64,000 nucleotides of DNA from Tubiluchus corallicola (taxonomy: Eukaryota; Animalia; Priapulida), in assembly GCA_030141605.1 (NCBI GenBank), contig JAQGDQ010000065.1, positions 248,001-312,000 of the forward strand. Reading direction: 5' to 3'. Both the position numbers and the translations under genes were made by a program. Shown one piece after another: positions 1 to 15,304 of this stretch. Under the pieces are notes generated by a model. It saw only the letters and a list, made by a program, of their open reading frames with translations. It was not told the origin of the DNA and made no database searches. How positions within the stretch are numbered: position 1 is the first letter of the stretch; the number at the start of each line of letters is the position of its first letter.

Positions 1-3000
1 ATTGGATGGTTCAAGTACAGGCTTGAACGCGCTTAGACTCATCTAAAGTAAATCCTTTTTTACTGCTAACTGCAGAGTTGTGGAAAAGGAGAGAGAACTC
101 ACTTCGCCTTTATTCCTGCACACACACAGTTATAGATACTTTCAAGAAATTAGACGAAATGGCACGCTTTTGTACGTGCCTAATTCACTGATTGTCTGGA
201 CAGAATTTTTGGAAACAGGGTTTGGGAAAATACATCCCATACAAATGTAAATAGGCCTACACCACTCACTGATGAGCACCAGTGAGACAACACTACATTG
301 AAAACTTTGATTTAAAGTAAAATTTGCAAAATTGATCTGTACTGGTAAAGGTTTAACATGGAGCTGGAAGTGCTGCAGAAACCATATAATTTACATATAT
401 GGCTGCATGTGTGTAAGCGTATGTGCAAGCACACGCATAGCTACAATGTACACACAACTACTATTAAACTATATATTACATACATATTAACACTAATTGT
501 AAAAAAATCTTTCTAATTATGCTGGTATATCTGTAAATTGTTTGTACTCATATGTTGTACTTGAATAACTGTAACCAAAACAATGTGCACCATTCGAGGC
601 CTCGATTTCAACGATCATAGTTACATGTACGTTAGATTATACATTTTACTTTGAGTGTTAGAATACTTTTTGTAAAGTTTGTCAGAACAATTTCAAAATC
701 TAATAAGTAATAACTCTAATGTGATGATTTTATTGTTGCAGCATGCAGTTATTCTAATTGCTCCAATCAGTTTGCTCAATTATGTAATCCATTTTCATAA
801 AGTATTAAACAAATAACGATTTAACCATTTTTGAATATTGTTTGTTATTATCTAAAAGTAATAAATTGCCTCAAAGCTATTTACGTGTGATTGATGTTTA
901 TATCTGTAACAACAAAACAACATGTCTACACAATGCCTACAATTATAACCATCATGTGGAGTAACAACCACAAGGTAACGCTTGTTTTTACTAAACTAAA
1001 GGCAACAGCAGTCGATCAAATATTAGGCTTAGCCGCCCCATTTCTATCCTTCCGTCTGACACATGTATTTTAGTGTCATTACCATAATTATTGTGTAAAC
1101 GACCACACACAACACTATCATTCAAGCTGTCAACAATAAACAATTTATTACGAATGCATTTTAATTGCTCAAATTTCCACAGTGGATTACTCAGTAAAGT
1201 ATATGATTTTTTCATTTACACTAATTGATTCATAGATCCTAAAAACTGATACAATCAGTATTAATGTATTTATTATGCTCTATAAAACAACCAACTTGTA
1301 AAAAAGGCAGGATATCTAAATTTACTGATGTAGTAGTCCAGGTACGAAATGTTAGTAAATCAAGTAAATATAAATCATCATACAAATAATTTACAATAAA
1401 AATAAACAAAAATTTACATAATACGCAAGCCATAATACTTAAAAATAGCAGTTCTTATAAACAGAAAACGAAGAATATCATAAAAATTTAACAACAGAAT
1501 GACTGCAATTATAATACATTTCCAAGTTGGACTTTTATACAAATTGTAGCAAATGCTGATGGTATTAATTAAAATAAAGTATGTAACACCAGGCAGAACA
1601 TTGGACTGTGTCAGCAAATGCTGTTTTGTATAGCTTACATCAGCTGAAGGCAATTTTATAGATATATTAGCATTTAATAAATCAGTATTTCCAACAAACT
1701 TGTACAGTTCTGCCTGATTATACATACCTTATTTGAATTCAGCAACCTAACTACATAAACTTGGATGATCTTATAATGCTAATGAGCAGCAATAAAGTTA
1801 ATTATTCAAACTGGAAATTCATTAAAAACAAAGTACCAATGTCAAAATAAAGTTTTATCTGCACATACAATTTGTTTCATAAAAATATAACTTGATTCAC
1901 ATTCGAGTTCTACCAAATAGTAGAAACGTGCGAGATTGTATAATGAATAATATACATTAGAGCTAGTATTTACTGCCACAGACGTATATTACAACTTTTC
2001 AAAACGTTTACAATGTTTACACTAGACAGAAAATATTTAACCCATCCTGTACTTCTGAATGTAGAGTCACAGTCAGAATGACCATAACATGTACTGAATT
2101 TTTGGTACTACATCCTGTATGTAGTCTCAGAACATCTGCACAACCAGAAATCTGCATTAATGACAAGAGGCAAAACCAGCATACAAACAAGCAAAAAGTG
2201 AACAAAGTCATTAAAGGTGTGAAACGGATCAAGGATCAGGGACGCCACCGTAGTGTAAATGATTTTAAGATTCGGCACATCATTCTCAAAAAAATTACTA
2301 AATGCCCTAAAAGTCTCAAGAAAGAATTCAACTTTTTTTCTAATTCTTTAGAAGCACATGTTCAACTCGAGCTTCATCAATTGTAAATGAGCACAGACAC
2401 ACAAACAGATGCATGAACGTATGAAGCACTGTATCTACATTAAGTGTGTGCCTATCATTTTACAATTGAGAAATCCAAATTGCATGAAGTTCTAAACAAA
2501 GAATAAATACTGTATACTGCACACTTGTGGCAATTAGTGAATTTTTGTAAAAGCAGTGCTAGCATTTGTAGGCTTCTTATACTGATCACATGATTGCTCA
2601 CAATAGTTTTTTCATCTACATGTATAACTCTATTGGCATTATTCTGAGCAAAACATATATCAAATCTTTCTTCTGACATTCCCAAACTAAGAGAAGAAAT
2701 TTCATTCCCTAAATTATAAAGATCATACTTACCAAATAAAAACTACAAATTTTGTTAATGCAACATCCACTATACAAAAATTACCAAAGAACAACTTGAG
2801 AGTGACTACTAATAAACTGTCGAGTTAAATATAAATATTACTCTGAGGTATTTTATGATAATTAGCTCTTGAATAGGTACAAGTTAATGTGAGGTCTATC
2901 TTGGATGCTGGTTATTATATATGGACATTAAACATCTTTGAAGGCACTGACTGTAAGTCTGAAACAAATTCAAATATAAAAAAATTAGTAAATTTGTAAA

Positions 3001-4953
3001 GCAACAATTAACATACTTCTCTGTTTATCTGTTGATTCTATACAAAAAAAACCACACACCTTCATATTAAATTATGTTTCTAGTATTTGATACTAATGAT
3101 GAAAAACCAATTACACAATACCTGAGGATTTTTTTGGATTTTAGTTTTTAATATAGTCTATAATACTTGCTGTATAATATAGGCTCAGCATTACAGAGGG
3201 TCGTTCTTTAGACAAAAACTTCCTGCATGCCCATTCCTATCTAATTCAAGTCATAATTCATTTCACACGTTAAATTTCATTAATGATTCTTACAGCTAAT
3301 GTATTAGCGTCTTTGACAAGAATTATTGACACAATATGTGACTCTCAAACTATCCACATAAAATACATTATTATTATAAAATTTTAATTTATGTAAACAT
3401 TGGTGACTTATGTTACAATGATCAAGTGGAAAGCAACGCAATTTAACAAAAATAAAGATAAAATTGTAATAGTTCATAAAGTAACAATGAATAAGATACT
3501 TGTCCATCGATAAATTTTGAAACTAACCCCCCATCCCACCAGCTCAAATGATAAAGCAATACCTCACTATCCTATCATCCCCATTCTAGCTGAAAAATCA
3601 TTCAGTGACAGGTGTCTCTATAAGTTATCATGGATGAATGCAGCTCCATCACACAATAACATACAGTAATCCTACAACTAATCCTGCTTCAAACGTGAAC
3701 TCCCCGACACACAGTGCAGCTTTATGGAAGTTACGCTAAAGATACGGATAGAGAAGATAATATGCTCTATTTAGGACAATCAACCAGCTGTCCAACTCAA
3801 TGCAATTTTATGGTGAAGTGAAAAGAGTTGTCGTCAACGAACATGGGAAAACTCAGAGAAGGAAGGAATTAATAACTAACTATCTCTAAATTATTGCACT
3901 AAATTTTCCTCACTCTACAATTATCCCCTAACAAAATTACTTATTCAAATTCAAGCATGTGCAATATGTTAAATAATAGTTATTAACAGATAGGGAGAAA
4001 TTTTGTTCCAAGTTGAAATATTAATAACACAAGACACAAGCTGAAAGCGGCAGTATAAATTATCGGTTATTACATTATTCAGTTCTATTAACAGTTTATA
4101 TTATGATTATCTTCATTTGAAATATATAATCCTCTCATGAGTAGACCATTTTTAGATGCATATTAGATTACAATCAGGGAATGAGTTACCTGATTTCACA
4201 TAAATTAAACACAGATAGTCGTCCATTTACGACCTATTTAACTTAAATTCGCACATCTTAATGACTAGAGTATAACATGAGTAATTAACCGTACAAAACT
4301 AATAATAACTAAGAGTTCTTTATATTATTAAGCAAACTCATTTTAAATTATTACATCTTTCAATAAATTCATCTGTAGGTGCGGCCATATTTATTGCGCA
4401 TGCACACCCAATCTCTTATGTGGAGGGGTGCACCACTGACTTGCATCCAATTAGTCTTACGAGCTAACCAGCGGGAACTGATTGCTGTCGTATGTCGACG
4501 ACTTCAAGTATCATTCATAAATCAAAGTTCCTGAACGTGCGCCTAGCCTAAATTTATTGAGTGACAGCACTCACAGCGGGTCAGTTAGTAAGTGGATTGA
4601 AGCTCAAGGAAAGTTGTCTAAGTGGCTAATGACATATTAAAAATATTAAAAGGCAATATTGAACAATATTAGGTAAATAATATTGAGAGGCAAAATCGAT
4701 CATAACTACATCTATACAATAACTCCTGTTATTAAGTAACCTCTTATAGTAATTTGTTACTATAATATTAAGTAGCAGGAAGTCTCAGTTTTCTAAATAT
4801 CAGTACATGAACTAAGTAAACAGCAGTGTAAGTACTACAAGGATAACCTACCAACAAATTCTAATAAAGGTTTTAATGTCTATCATTTAATGCTTACTGC
4901 ATTGCATATTAAAAAAAACTGTTTTTTTAAATCTAAAAACTTACCACTAGATG

Positions 4954-5244
4954 TCAGCAAATGATTTCTTCGAGTGAACTAGATTTTGAGCTGCCTCCAG
5001 TTGAGCCATGATTAAGTTTTTTTGAAGATGTTTTTTCAGAACTGCTGCCCTCCTTCTGTGAAAGTGAGGTGGCGGGAGACGATCGATGATGATGCTTTGA
5101 TGAAGACTTTGGTGACGGTTTTCCCTTTTTCCGTTGTTCATCTGACTTCCGCAACGATAAACCAGAAGTTTTGCTTTGCAGGGCCAGCTGATAAGCAACT
5201 TCAAATGCCTGCCCAAGAGTAAGCAGCACTTCTGTGGCCAAATC
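4954..5244 (-). CDS. ANKS1: ANKS1 exon 22 (PTB C-terminal helix, Ser/Lys-rich tail, stop)
   Basis: [22 protein letters not shown]; TGA at 4956-4954. Confidence 0.9.
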   Translation of the reverse strand, partial: DLATEVLLTLGQAFEVAYQLALQSKTSGLSLRKSDEQRKKGKPSPKSSSKHHHRSSPATSLSQKEGSSSEKTSSKKLNHGSTGGSSKSSSLEEIIC

Positions 5245-8200
5245 CTACGATGAAAACATAACTGTGTGCCACAGAATGCAAACTAAGATGTATCACAATG
5301 CTAAAAACAAAATTTTGTGAGCACATGAGCAGTAAAAATTATCTTAATATCGCTTACCGTACTGTCAACACTAAACACATGGCAATAATTTTGCTCAACA
5401 ACAGTGTGAAGATCTTTAGTAATGTAAGCAAAATAGTTGAGGTCATCACCGTCTTGACAAGCACAGTTGATATTCTTGATCTCATGTTCAGCTATCACCA
5501 TCTGGTGGACAAAAACAAAAATAACTTAAAAAGTTAAAAATTAGTAAACCTCTCAACAAAAGTGAAAAGCAGTGATTTTCATAAAAAAATGTTTGGTGTT
5601 AAGCAGCTAGCAGTCACCTTAAGTCCAGAAACAATAGAGGGGAAAATAAACAAAAATAAATTTGCAGGCTCAATGGAGCTAAAATAAATCCAAAAGAACA
5701 ATAGCTAGGTTCACGAAAATGTCAACTCCCTGAGCAAATGAATGAAGATTGAAAAAACAGATAATATAACAGAACTCATGTCAAAGTGACAATTTTTCAT
5801 GAAACAATGATTTCTGTGATCTGATGGGCTACTCTTAATGTTGTGTATTGAGCTATGCTGTGTATTGACTGTTTTATGACAATGAGCAATTGAACAATTT
5901 TTCTACTGCTTGGGAGTGAAAGCCAGTCTAATGAATTATGAATAGTAGCAACAAATCATGAAAGGTTAAAGCATATAATTGGGAACGTTTACAGTTAGTG
6001 AAGACACTACACTTGACCCGACCCATTTATGAATCGTCATTCTTATATCTGATGCACTCATAACTCGGTTTGCCGGATAAAAGCGAGGAACGTCGGTCCG
6101 AATTTGCCGATTGTCCATATACTAAGATAACACAGTAGGTGCCTTGTATTAAACTCACAGTAATGTAGAATCAATCGCCTAATTGTTTTAAAAACGTTTA
6201 GTACGGGCTGCTCCTATGCAAAAGTATATAAAAAGTGTTGGCAATCGACTCAAATAACTCCACATAATTGACTCTATATTTTTATACATAGAGATATACA
6301 TGTGGTTACACTGATGTACGTGATGTAAATAAAGTGACGGCCTGCCATCTAGCAATCAGCTTGTGAAACAAAGGACTGTGTCCGTAGTCTTTTTAACGGT
6401 CTAGATTTTGTCCGATTCTTCCAATATCCGCAAAAGCGAGATCCAGCAAACCGAAATTGTCTGCACGTTTGTTTTTCATGAAAATGTGTAGCCTAGGAAT
6501 ATTGTGTACCGAAACTCGCATTTTTGGCCTTAATCAATGGTCTTCGGCATCTTCTTAAAATTACTTTTTGTTGTTTCATTAGTAAATTAAAAATTATGAG
6601 TTGGTGATTTAAACAGACAGCTACATTCAATGGAGTTCTAATAAATAACCAAGAAAAAATGACAGAAAATTACACAGTCAGAATGCTGCCATACCTTTGA
6701 TTTACTGTCAATAAATTTGACTCCACGGTATGAGATGGACAAAGTGATGATTGGAAATTTATGAATCTGCTTTGTTGCTTGCTGCAAAATAAAAGTTTTA
6801 AAAGCAATTGGAACAAAAATCAGCTACAAATTTTTCGATTGCTACGATATTATAGAAAAAAGTAGTTTTCATTTTTTTCACAAGATTTAAAAAGCCAAAT
6901 TCAAACTCACCATATGTTTGTGTTTATTCTTAATGCCGCAGTAAAGAAAAAACAAACTTTAGTACATATATAAACAACAAATGAAAAATAAGAATGCATT
7001 TTTACAAGAACACATGTTCTGCATTTTACAAGACTATTTGAGCAATATTCAGTCTTTATTAATGGCTTTCCGAAATCAGATGACTTTTAAACACCTTACC
7101 TTCATTTTAACTATAGCTTCCTTTGTGGACTCATAACCCTTTACATTTTTAACAATAGACGAACCAAGATACTGGAAATGAAAAAGAGATGTGAAATTAT
7201 AAATACAATCAAAATCGACAAAGATAATGTATATGTATAAAGACTTAACTACTAGCAATTAGTACAATAGCAATTAATTTGAAGTGTGAAACAAGCTGTA
7301 TTTCACTAACATATGCATTCAAATTTATTGGCTTCCACATGGCTACACACTACTTGTACAGGATGTAGTTTAGCACACTGCTTCAATAATAACATACAAT
7401 TTGAAAGTTTATCTTAGCTGAGGTAGAGCATTGTCGATGCAACTTTGAAGCACGTGAAATAGGTTCTCATTTTTAACTCCATTTTCTTCTGCTTCTGCTG
7501 CTTCAATCTTTCTGTGTTTTCTTTTTCCCTCCATTTTTTTCGAGTAGTCCTAGCAAAATTCAGCAGCATCGCATGCTGAAGTCTCCTCATTTTAAGTGAA
7601 GTTTTAGTTAATAGTACATAGATGTACAACTTAGTAGTTATACACTATGTGTATATCAAGTAATTGTTAACAAATGTTCCTTCTAAACTTTACTTACTTT
7701 CAATAAAAAGACTTTCCGTTATGAATAGTAAATCCAGTCTCAATACACAAGGCAGCTTTATAACTTTATCAATGTTCTAATACTTCCCACCTTTCTGTCC
7801 TATTCTTACCCATCTCACTGTTGTTATTGATATGTTCTAACTCATTAACAAGCTTCTATGGAATTGCAGGTGATTAATCTGTCTGTGTAAGTAATTCTGC
7901 AGTTGTAAATTAATTCATTCTATTGATGATGATATCAGAATAGGTATTGATTTAAATAAATTTTTAGGAGTATTATACATGTTCTTATAAAAATAGTACA
8001 GTAGACGCTGTTTATTAATTTGACTAATGGTTAACAGAATTAGTCTCCTAACTGACTCAAAAACGTCTGGTACAAGCTGCTCCTGTTCAAATGTATATAA
8101 AAACTGCCGATAACAGCGTCAGATAACTCCACATAATTAACTCAGTATTTCTGCTTGTGTTTAAAACAAGACAAAATTGTAAAACAAGACCAGAGCTTTT

Positions 8201-11200
8201 ATCGCATTTATGTCATCTTTACTTCACTTTCGCATAGTATAATGTACGTAGAAACAATCATTTTAAGTGCAGTTTTGTTTATAACAGGTATGTTTATCAT
8301 GTACTGTATATTAGTGCAACAGTTTTACTTTGAATTTGTCATTGGCTCGTTTGCTGCAATTAACTTTGCCTTTAACTGCTGCAATTAATGACTTGCCTAG
8401 CAGTTTGCTTATGAAGCTATCCTTGCCTTTAACAGGGGAAATACATGCAACATTAACTGCGTATCAAGCATATCAGGCACTACGTGCAGAATACAGCAAC
8501 AGATTTTCAATGTTTTTATAATTATGAGAACTTTATGAATCAACTTCTTCAGGAAGAAGTGAAGCAACCAATCTTACACGAATTTTGTAATTTTTTAGTG
8601 TAAATAAACAAATTTGTCCAATTTTTTCGTTTTCTTTTTTATTAATTCACTCATATAAATTAGTACCCATATTCATAAATAATTATAATTGCACATAGTA
8701 GTTTTGGCATCAGCTCATTTCTAAAATACATTAATAAAGCTTTTGCAGTGCATAAAAAGCTAATGAGTGATGATTCACACTTTTGTAGGAGTAATATGCT
8801 ACACCCAGGGTCGGTTAATAGATTCAGTTAGTTAATTAGGCCAAAACACTTTAGTCCTAAAGTGAGTGGTACCTACTGTATTATTATTATGATTCCTTAC
8901 ATTCTATCTAATTTTAAAGTTTAATTTTGAAATTTTCAAAAAAAACAAGTCGATTTCCTTCATTATTTACATGTTGTGTGAAAGAGATAAACATCAAAAA
9001 TTGTTAAATGTGTCAAGTTCAAAAATTTAGATAGCAAACTCAATAAATGTGCAAACTTGGTGTGTTAAAATTGTTTGTGATGTGTGGTTGTGTTTTACAA
9101 CCTGCAACTTTATTATAAAATGCAAACATGTGTGCTTGCATAACAAAAACGTCCACAAGTTGGCAATTAAGCTTATGTAGTTGTTCAAATATCCTGAATC
9201 TCCATTTCATGGGGATCATTTTGATACTAAGTTCATTGGTATATGTTATTTCTACCTGAGATAATCTACACTGAAGCACTGAAGTTGAGGTGCAGGCTAC
9301 TCACTGAAAAAACATAACCTTGAGAAAATCACTGTTAAAGTTAGCCATTGTTTTTTGTTGCGCTTCTGCAAAAACAGTTAGCAACCGCATGAAAGTGAAG
9401 TTGCTATGGACTTTGCAAAGGCACAATGAAGTTACATTTAAAACCAATAGGTGGCTCTTCCAGACAAAGATCTGACAACAGCTTGACAAAACCCTAGTAA
9501 AATGAAAGCTTCCACGACAAACTGTCGGAGTTTTTTATAATTGCAGTACTAGTTTTTAGACAAAGAAGCTGGTAAAGGGTTATAAAATTAACTTTTTGAT
9601 ATTTTTGAACATTTTTCTGACGATCTGATGCTAGAATATATATGTTCAATATATTTAGCATTTGCTTTTATAAAAACCAAAAATTGACATTCAACCCCAT
9701 TTTTGGTGTATTCTACTTTCAAGCATCATAAGGCAGTTTTAACTATGCCGACTTGTGGACGGTTTTGGTTTGCAAGCACTCAGATTATCTTTGTCGGTAT
9801 TCACTAATTTATGCACTTACTGAAGCATTGTAATTACAACAGCCCTTTATGAGAACTTCAGGCTTATGTCTCCATTGTCTGACTGGACTTCGTCCACCTT
9901 CAAAAGTTTGGTCTGGTGGACGGATGTTGAGCTGTTCATCTAGTTTCTTCTGCTGAAACGGCTTCACTGCATCAGAGAAATCTGGCAGTTTATCCGAACC
10001 CTATAGTTCCAAGAAACAAATGTCATGTGATACCTGTAAGCCTATATGCTGACTTTGCAGATTATGTCTAAACTAGATGCCAAAACATGTCAAAAATACA
10101 AATAAACAATAAAAAAAGTAATAAAAAATTAATCATTTGCTAGCAAACTTTGATTTTAGTCAATAAAAACAAGTACTGCTAGCAAACTTTGATTTTAGTC
10201 AATAAAAACAAGTACTCTCCCACCTGTCTTCATAGACAGTCAAAATAGACAGACAGAACAGCTCAATTTATTCCAACAGAGTTAGCAAAAAGAAGGTTAA
10301 AAATTGGATTAAAGTAGGTCATTCAGAATAAGCCAAAGGCCGAAATAATAAAAAGCAAAAGCCAAAACAAAACATACTTGAATTAAAAAGTTCTGATCAG
10401 TCAATTAAAGCACGACACAAAACAATATTTACCTCAAAAAGTAACCAAAGTTAAAATATTGGACAACACAACAAACAAAAATTATAAACTACAACCAAAA
10501 GAAACAAACACGGGCAGAGGCGCTTGTGAGAAAATAACAGAAAAAACCTTTTTTACACAACGATCTCAAGAATTCATGCAAATCAGATTATGTGACATAT
10601 TGAACATGTATGCGGTGCTATAATTTGGAATTCTTAATTTATAATTAAAACAAAGTTATGAACTTATGGTAAGCATATCTTAGATAAATGAAAAATATGG
10701 CAATATTTTGGAAATGCAAATGTAAATTATTGCAAACTACATATCTATGTTGTTAAAATGTTATAACTTAGACATGATTAAGTAAAAGCATGTAAACGTT
10801 TATGAAATCTGCAGCTCTATTATCACCAGGGTGTACATTACAATATAAAGGCACAAAGCAAATGAAAAAAGATGTCTAACTAGATCATGAAACCCTGCTA
10901 ATGATACAAACCATGCAAACAACTAAACTTACTGCTGACAGTGCACAGCTGATGGAAGAGACAGTCAAATCTTTATATTCAGAAGGCACAGGACCCAAGG
11001 AACTCAAATTTACTTTGCTGTAATCTTTGAAGAAAGACAGATCGTCAAACCGAGAAGGAAGAGAAATGCTAGGAAGGTCTTCTTCATGTGGACTAAGATC
11101 CCATGTCTTAGGAGATAAGAAAGTTAAGAAACAGTATAGATACCAATACAATAGACAAATGCATAGCTATGCAAAATTGTTGAGTTTATGAAAACTCACT

Positions 11201-14200
11201 GGAATACTCACTATAATCACATAAAGCTGGAAGCTTAGAACTGTTCAAGTATTTTGTTTGCACTTTTGTTGGAAAGTTCAGGTGGAGGATGCACTCAATA
11301 TTTCTTGAATTACGTTAAAATTTCATTCACTCTTCACTGTTCTTTACTTTAATCACGTATTTCATGCGCTAATACAGCCCAACAAATTTCCTTTTGTAAG
11401 ATGGATAAAAAGTACTCTCTCGCAGAAAAGAGAGCTTTTTCATTAAGATTTCAAATAACTGGCCAAGTCAGGGAGATCCACATTTATTGCACTAAAGTTA
11501 TATAAAATTCACATTTTTTATTTACTGTTATTTCTTGGTCCAATCTAGATTTGCCAGGTGAAATGAACAAAAACGTAACTGGTTAGGCAGCCAGTGAACT
11601 AAACATTGTAAGATTCAGCAATCAGAGAAGAATAAATATGAACTAATTAGCACGTTACAAAAAATAAAAAATTCACACTTACAATAGTATTAACTTCAGC
11701 AGGTTTAATCTCCGAAATATCCAAATTAGGTGAAGTGGATGTGCTTCCTCTTCTGTCGCCTAGAGAAGCCAGGATCCTCTTTCTGTGTCCCAACATGTTT
11801 ATTCCTAAAACCTGTCAACAAAGTAGTATTTTTGAATGTAGAATAAATAATATACAGTATTGCCTAGTCAATTTATAATTATTCCTTCAATACTAAATTT
11901 GAAGTGTCAGAGATTAACGTGAGATACTATATTTTATGGCAACTGACTACATGATTAAATTCCTTCTAAAGCAGAAGCAGATTCACAAAAAAACTCTGAA
12001 TGCTTCCAGTATACCAAACTAGAATGGACTTAACATATTCATCTAAAATATAAATGTTTAGAACTTAGGTAAGCTTACTGTTACTAGCTCCACTTCCCAG
12101 ATCTTTCGTATTCGTTCCATGGTGAAGAATCCATTTGCATGAAAAGCTGGCAAGTATTCGTGCAGATGGAGACTGTGCAGCCATTGCTCTATGGATTCAA
12201 CAGGATGGACTTCCTGATCAAGAGGCACAATTGTGGGAAGCTCTTTTGCTAACAACAACAGCTGTTGCCTATGAGGATGGTCTGTTATTCCAATTTCTAA
12301 CAAATCTTGATCATCCAAGACATCACTACCCTGGAAATAGTAAAGAACCAATACAGTTTCACAAATGCAATTGTACTCTAAGCATACATGCATAATTAGA
12401 TAATTATTACTTTTAAGTAAATTAATTCTTTTTAGTTTGTTCACCGATTAAAAGAAATTTGCTGTGGCAAAGGGTTATTGACACTTTAAGCCATTGTGGA
12501 AACCCGTAACCATTATGTCCAGATAATTATAAAATTTCATTTAATTAACATTGTGCGGGGTGCACGCAATACAAAGCAAGACGTTCAGTCAGGAGCAATA
12601 GCACAGCATATAAAATGCATAACAACAATCAGGATGTGTACAATACTGTAGATTACCACAATGAGTGTTGATAGTTTTTTATCATCTCAAGAGTCATTAA
12701 TCAGCAAAATCAGTTTAATTAATGATCAACAGCTTTTTTTCATCAACAAAACAACAATATATAAATATATTGGTTTGAAACAAGACAAAGAAAAGTGTTC
12801 AGGAGAATAACTGTAGGAATTTATACAATTCATATATATATACATATATATTCATATATATATGTATATATATATATTCATATACAATTCATATATATAT
12901 ATATATATCAAAGAATATACCAATACCAAAAAATACCAATGGTAACTCAGATGAAGACGACTATAGGGGTATAGCCTTGTAGTCTTCTATTGGAAAGCTA
13001 ATTGTTTAGCTAATTCTTTGTAAATATGAAAACGAATTGTGTACTTCCAATTTACAATTTCGGTTTAAATCTAACACATCAACTACTATGTATACCATGG
13101 TATTAAACTGTCATTAAATATGCATACGAAAAAGCAAATATGTATATCATGGCTTAATACCAAATCTAGATTTTTTACTTGTACCAATGGGGGGTAAGAC
13201 AGGGTGCTGTCTTGTCCCCAATCTTATTTGGCGTGTACTTAGATGGACTATTATGTAAACTGCGGGATTCTAAAATTGGATGTATGGTGGGTAACAAGAA
13301 CTGTAGCAATATCACATATGCTGACGTCTTTAGTCTGTTGGCTTCGAATATACGGGCTCTCCAGGCCATGTTAAAATTTTCTGAAGCGTATACTAGAAAT
13401 TATGTTATCGATTTCGTAACTATAAGTCGTCACAAAGTAAAGAGCAAATGTATAATTTTCTAGTCTCATAAGAATGTTTCCTACAACTTACATCTTACAG
13501 TAAAACTCAATAATACACTGATGTTTTTTGAGACAAAGGGCTGCACCTTGGTAAAACACTGATATCTAATTTCACTGAAATTTTACGTAAATGTGGAGAT
13601 TTCATTTGTCATGCAAAGTGTTATATGTGACTTCTCGTTTCTTAATAAGTGTATTAAGACTAAGATATTTGAATTGTACTGTCATAGCTTTTATGGCTCA
13701 CAAATATGAAAGCCTGATAACACTTTTATTAACAACCTTAACAGCTCTTGGAACATAGGCTTATGTATATTTTGGCATCTACCATTCTGGACTCATAAGT
13801 TTTCGTTCCCCCATTTATCAGGTGTGGTTCATCAAAGTACCCAGTTTGAAATCAGATTTATAAAATTATGTCATGTATTAATAGCAGTAATATGCTTGGA
13901 ACTTTTTTGCGAGAAATGGAGATTATTCTGTGCAGTCAACATTGGGCTACAATCTGCAATTCATTAAATGTAAATATAATAGTAACTATGACAAATGTGA
14001 TTATTTAAAAATTAAAATTAAAAATCCATGTTTAAGGAAGCCAGAGATCTTACATGGGCTCAAAGCCCCACTGTTTCATTTGCTCAAGTTTTAAATGTCT
14101 TGACCAGAACTGACTTTTCCTTTGTAGACAACCAGCAGTTAAATGATATTCAACAATATTATGTAGCAAATAATTTGTGATTCTGTAATGTAAAATCAAA

Positions 14201-15260
14201 TTCAATATCGCATATGTATGTGGATTAATGGCACATTTTATATGTGTAAAAGTATGAGTTTTTTTACTACTAGCTGACATTGTTTTTTATTTATTTACAC
14301 AACTAACTCAATGAATGTATTGTATTTACAAGTACTCGAAATAAATTGTATATATATTTCGAGTACTTGTAAATACAATACATTCATTGAGTTAGTTGTG
14401 TATTATATATATAAATTATATATATGTATATTATATATATATATTATATATATTATATATATATATTATATTATATATATGTATTATATATATATAATAT
14501 ATATATATGTATACATATACATATAATCGATTTATATAGATATTACATATACATATAATATATATATGCGATTTATTTCAAATTATTCCTGTGATTGAGC
14601 TCAACTCCCCCGCTACCCGCTAGGCTTTTCACTTACAGTATTGCTAACTAGTTTATTCCAGTTCCTATGACTTGTGCAGATCTACTTAGCGGCCTGCAGG
14701 TTGTAATTTTTGATAAAGTTAACCTTGAATCATTTATGTGGGCTTCATTCTGAAGTTATAAATTTCATCCTCACCTCTGTCTAGGTGATCGTTTGACACT
14801 TGCAATCCCTATAAGCAAATGTCATATGATCTGCCTAACTCATTAGGTTATTTTTCTTTTTTTAACATTTTTCAACAGTAATCAGCGTGTTATATATGTT
14901 ATAATCTAACACTGGTGCATTGTGTTTATTTCGTTAACTATTGTGATAATCAGTGATTTGGTTCTCCTCCTGTGCTTTACTTAATGTTAGAAAGTGTGAT
15001 AAATTTAGTATGAAAAAGTGCTGTGATAAAAAGTAACAATGTATAAATGTATATGTGCCAAATCATGTCAGTTACAATAAATTATGCTTTGGGTGGCCAC
15101 TCTTTTAGTTGTGCATTTTTTCTTACTTATATGTCTTGAATTGATCTAAACTATGCATTTTAATAACAGCAAAACATTTTAATAAACAACTCATAGACGT
15201 AAGTGTTATGCATCTCTTTCTAGAAAAAAAACAAATTGGACTATATATATATATACATAT

Positions 15261-15304
<44 letters not shown>

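Noticed and set aside
97-120. Minus-strand GTGAGT donor near the left edge (possible first exon of a neighbouring gene)
   Set aside because: A single motif with no coding context visible in the window
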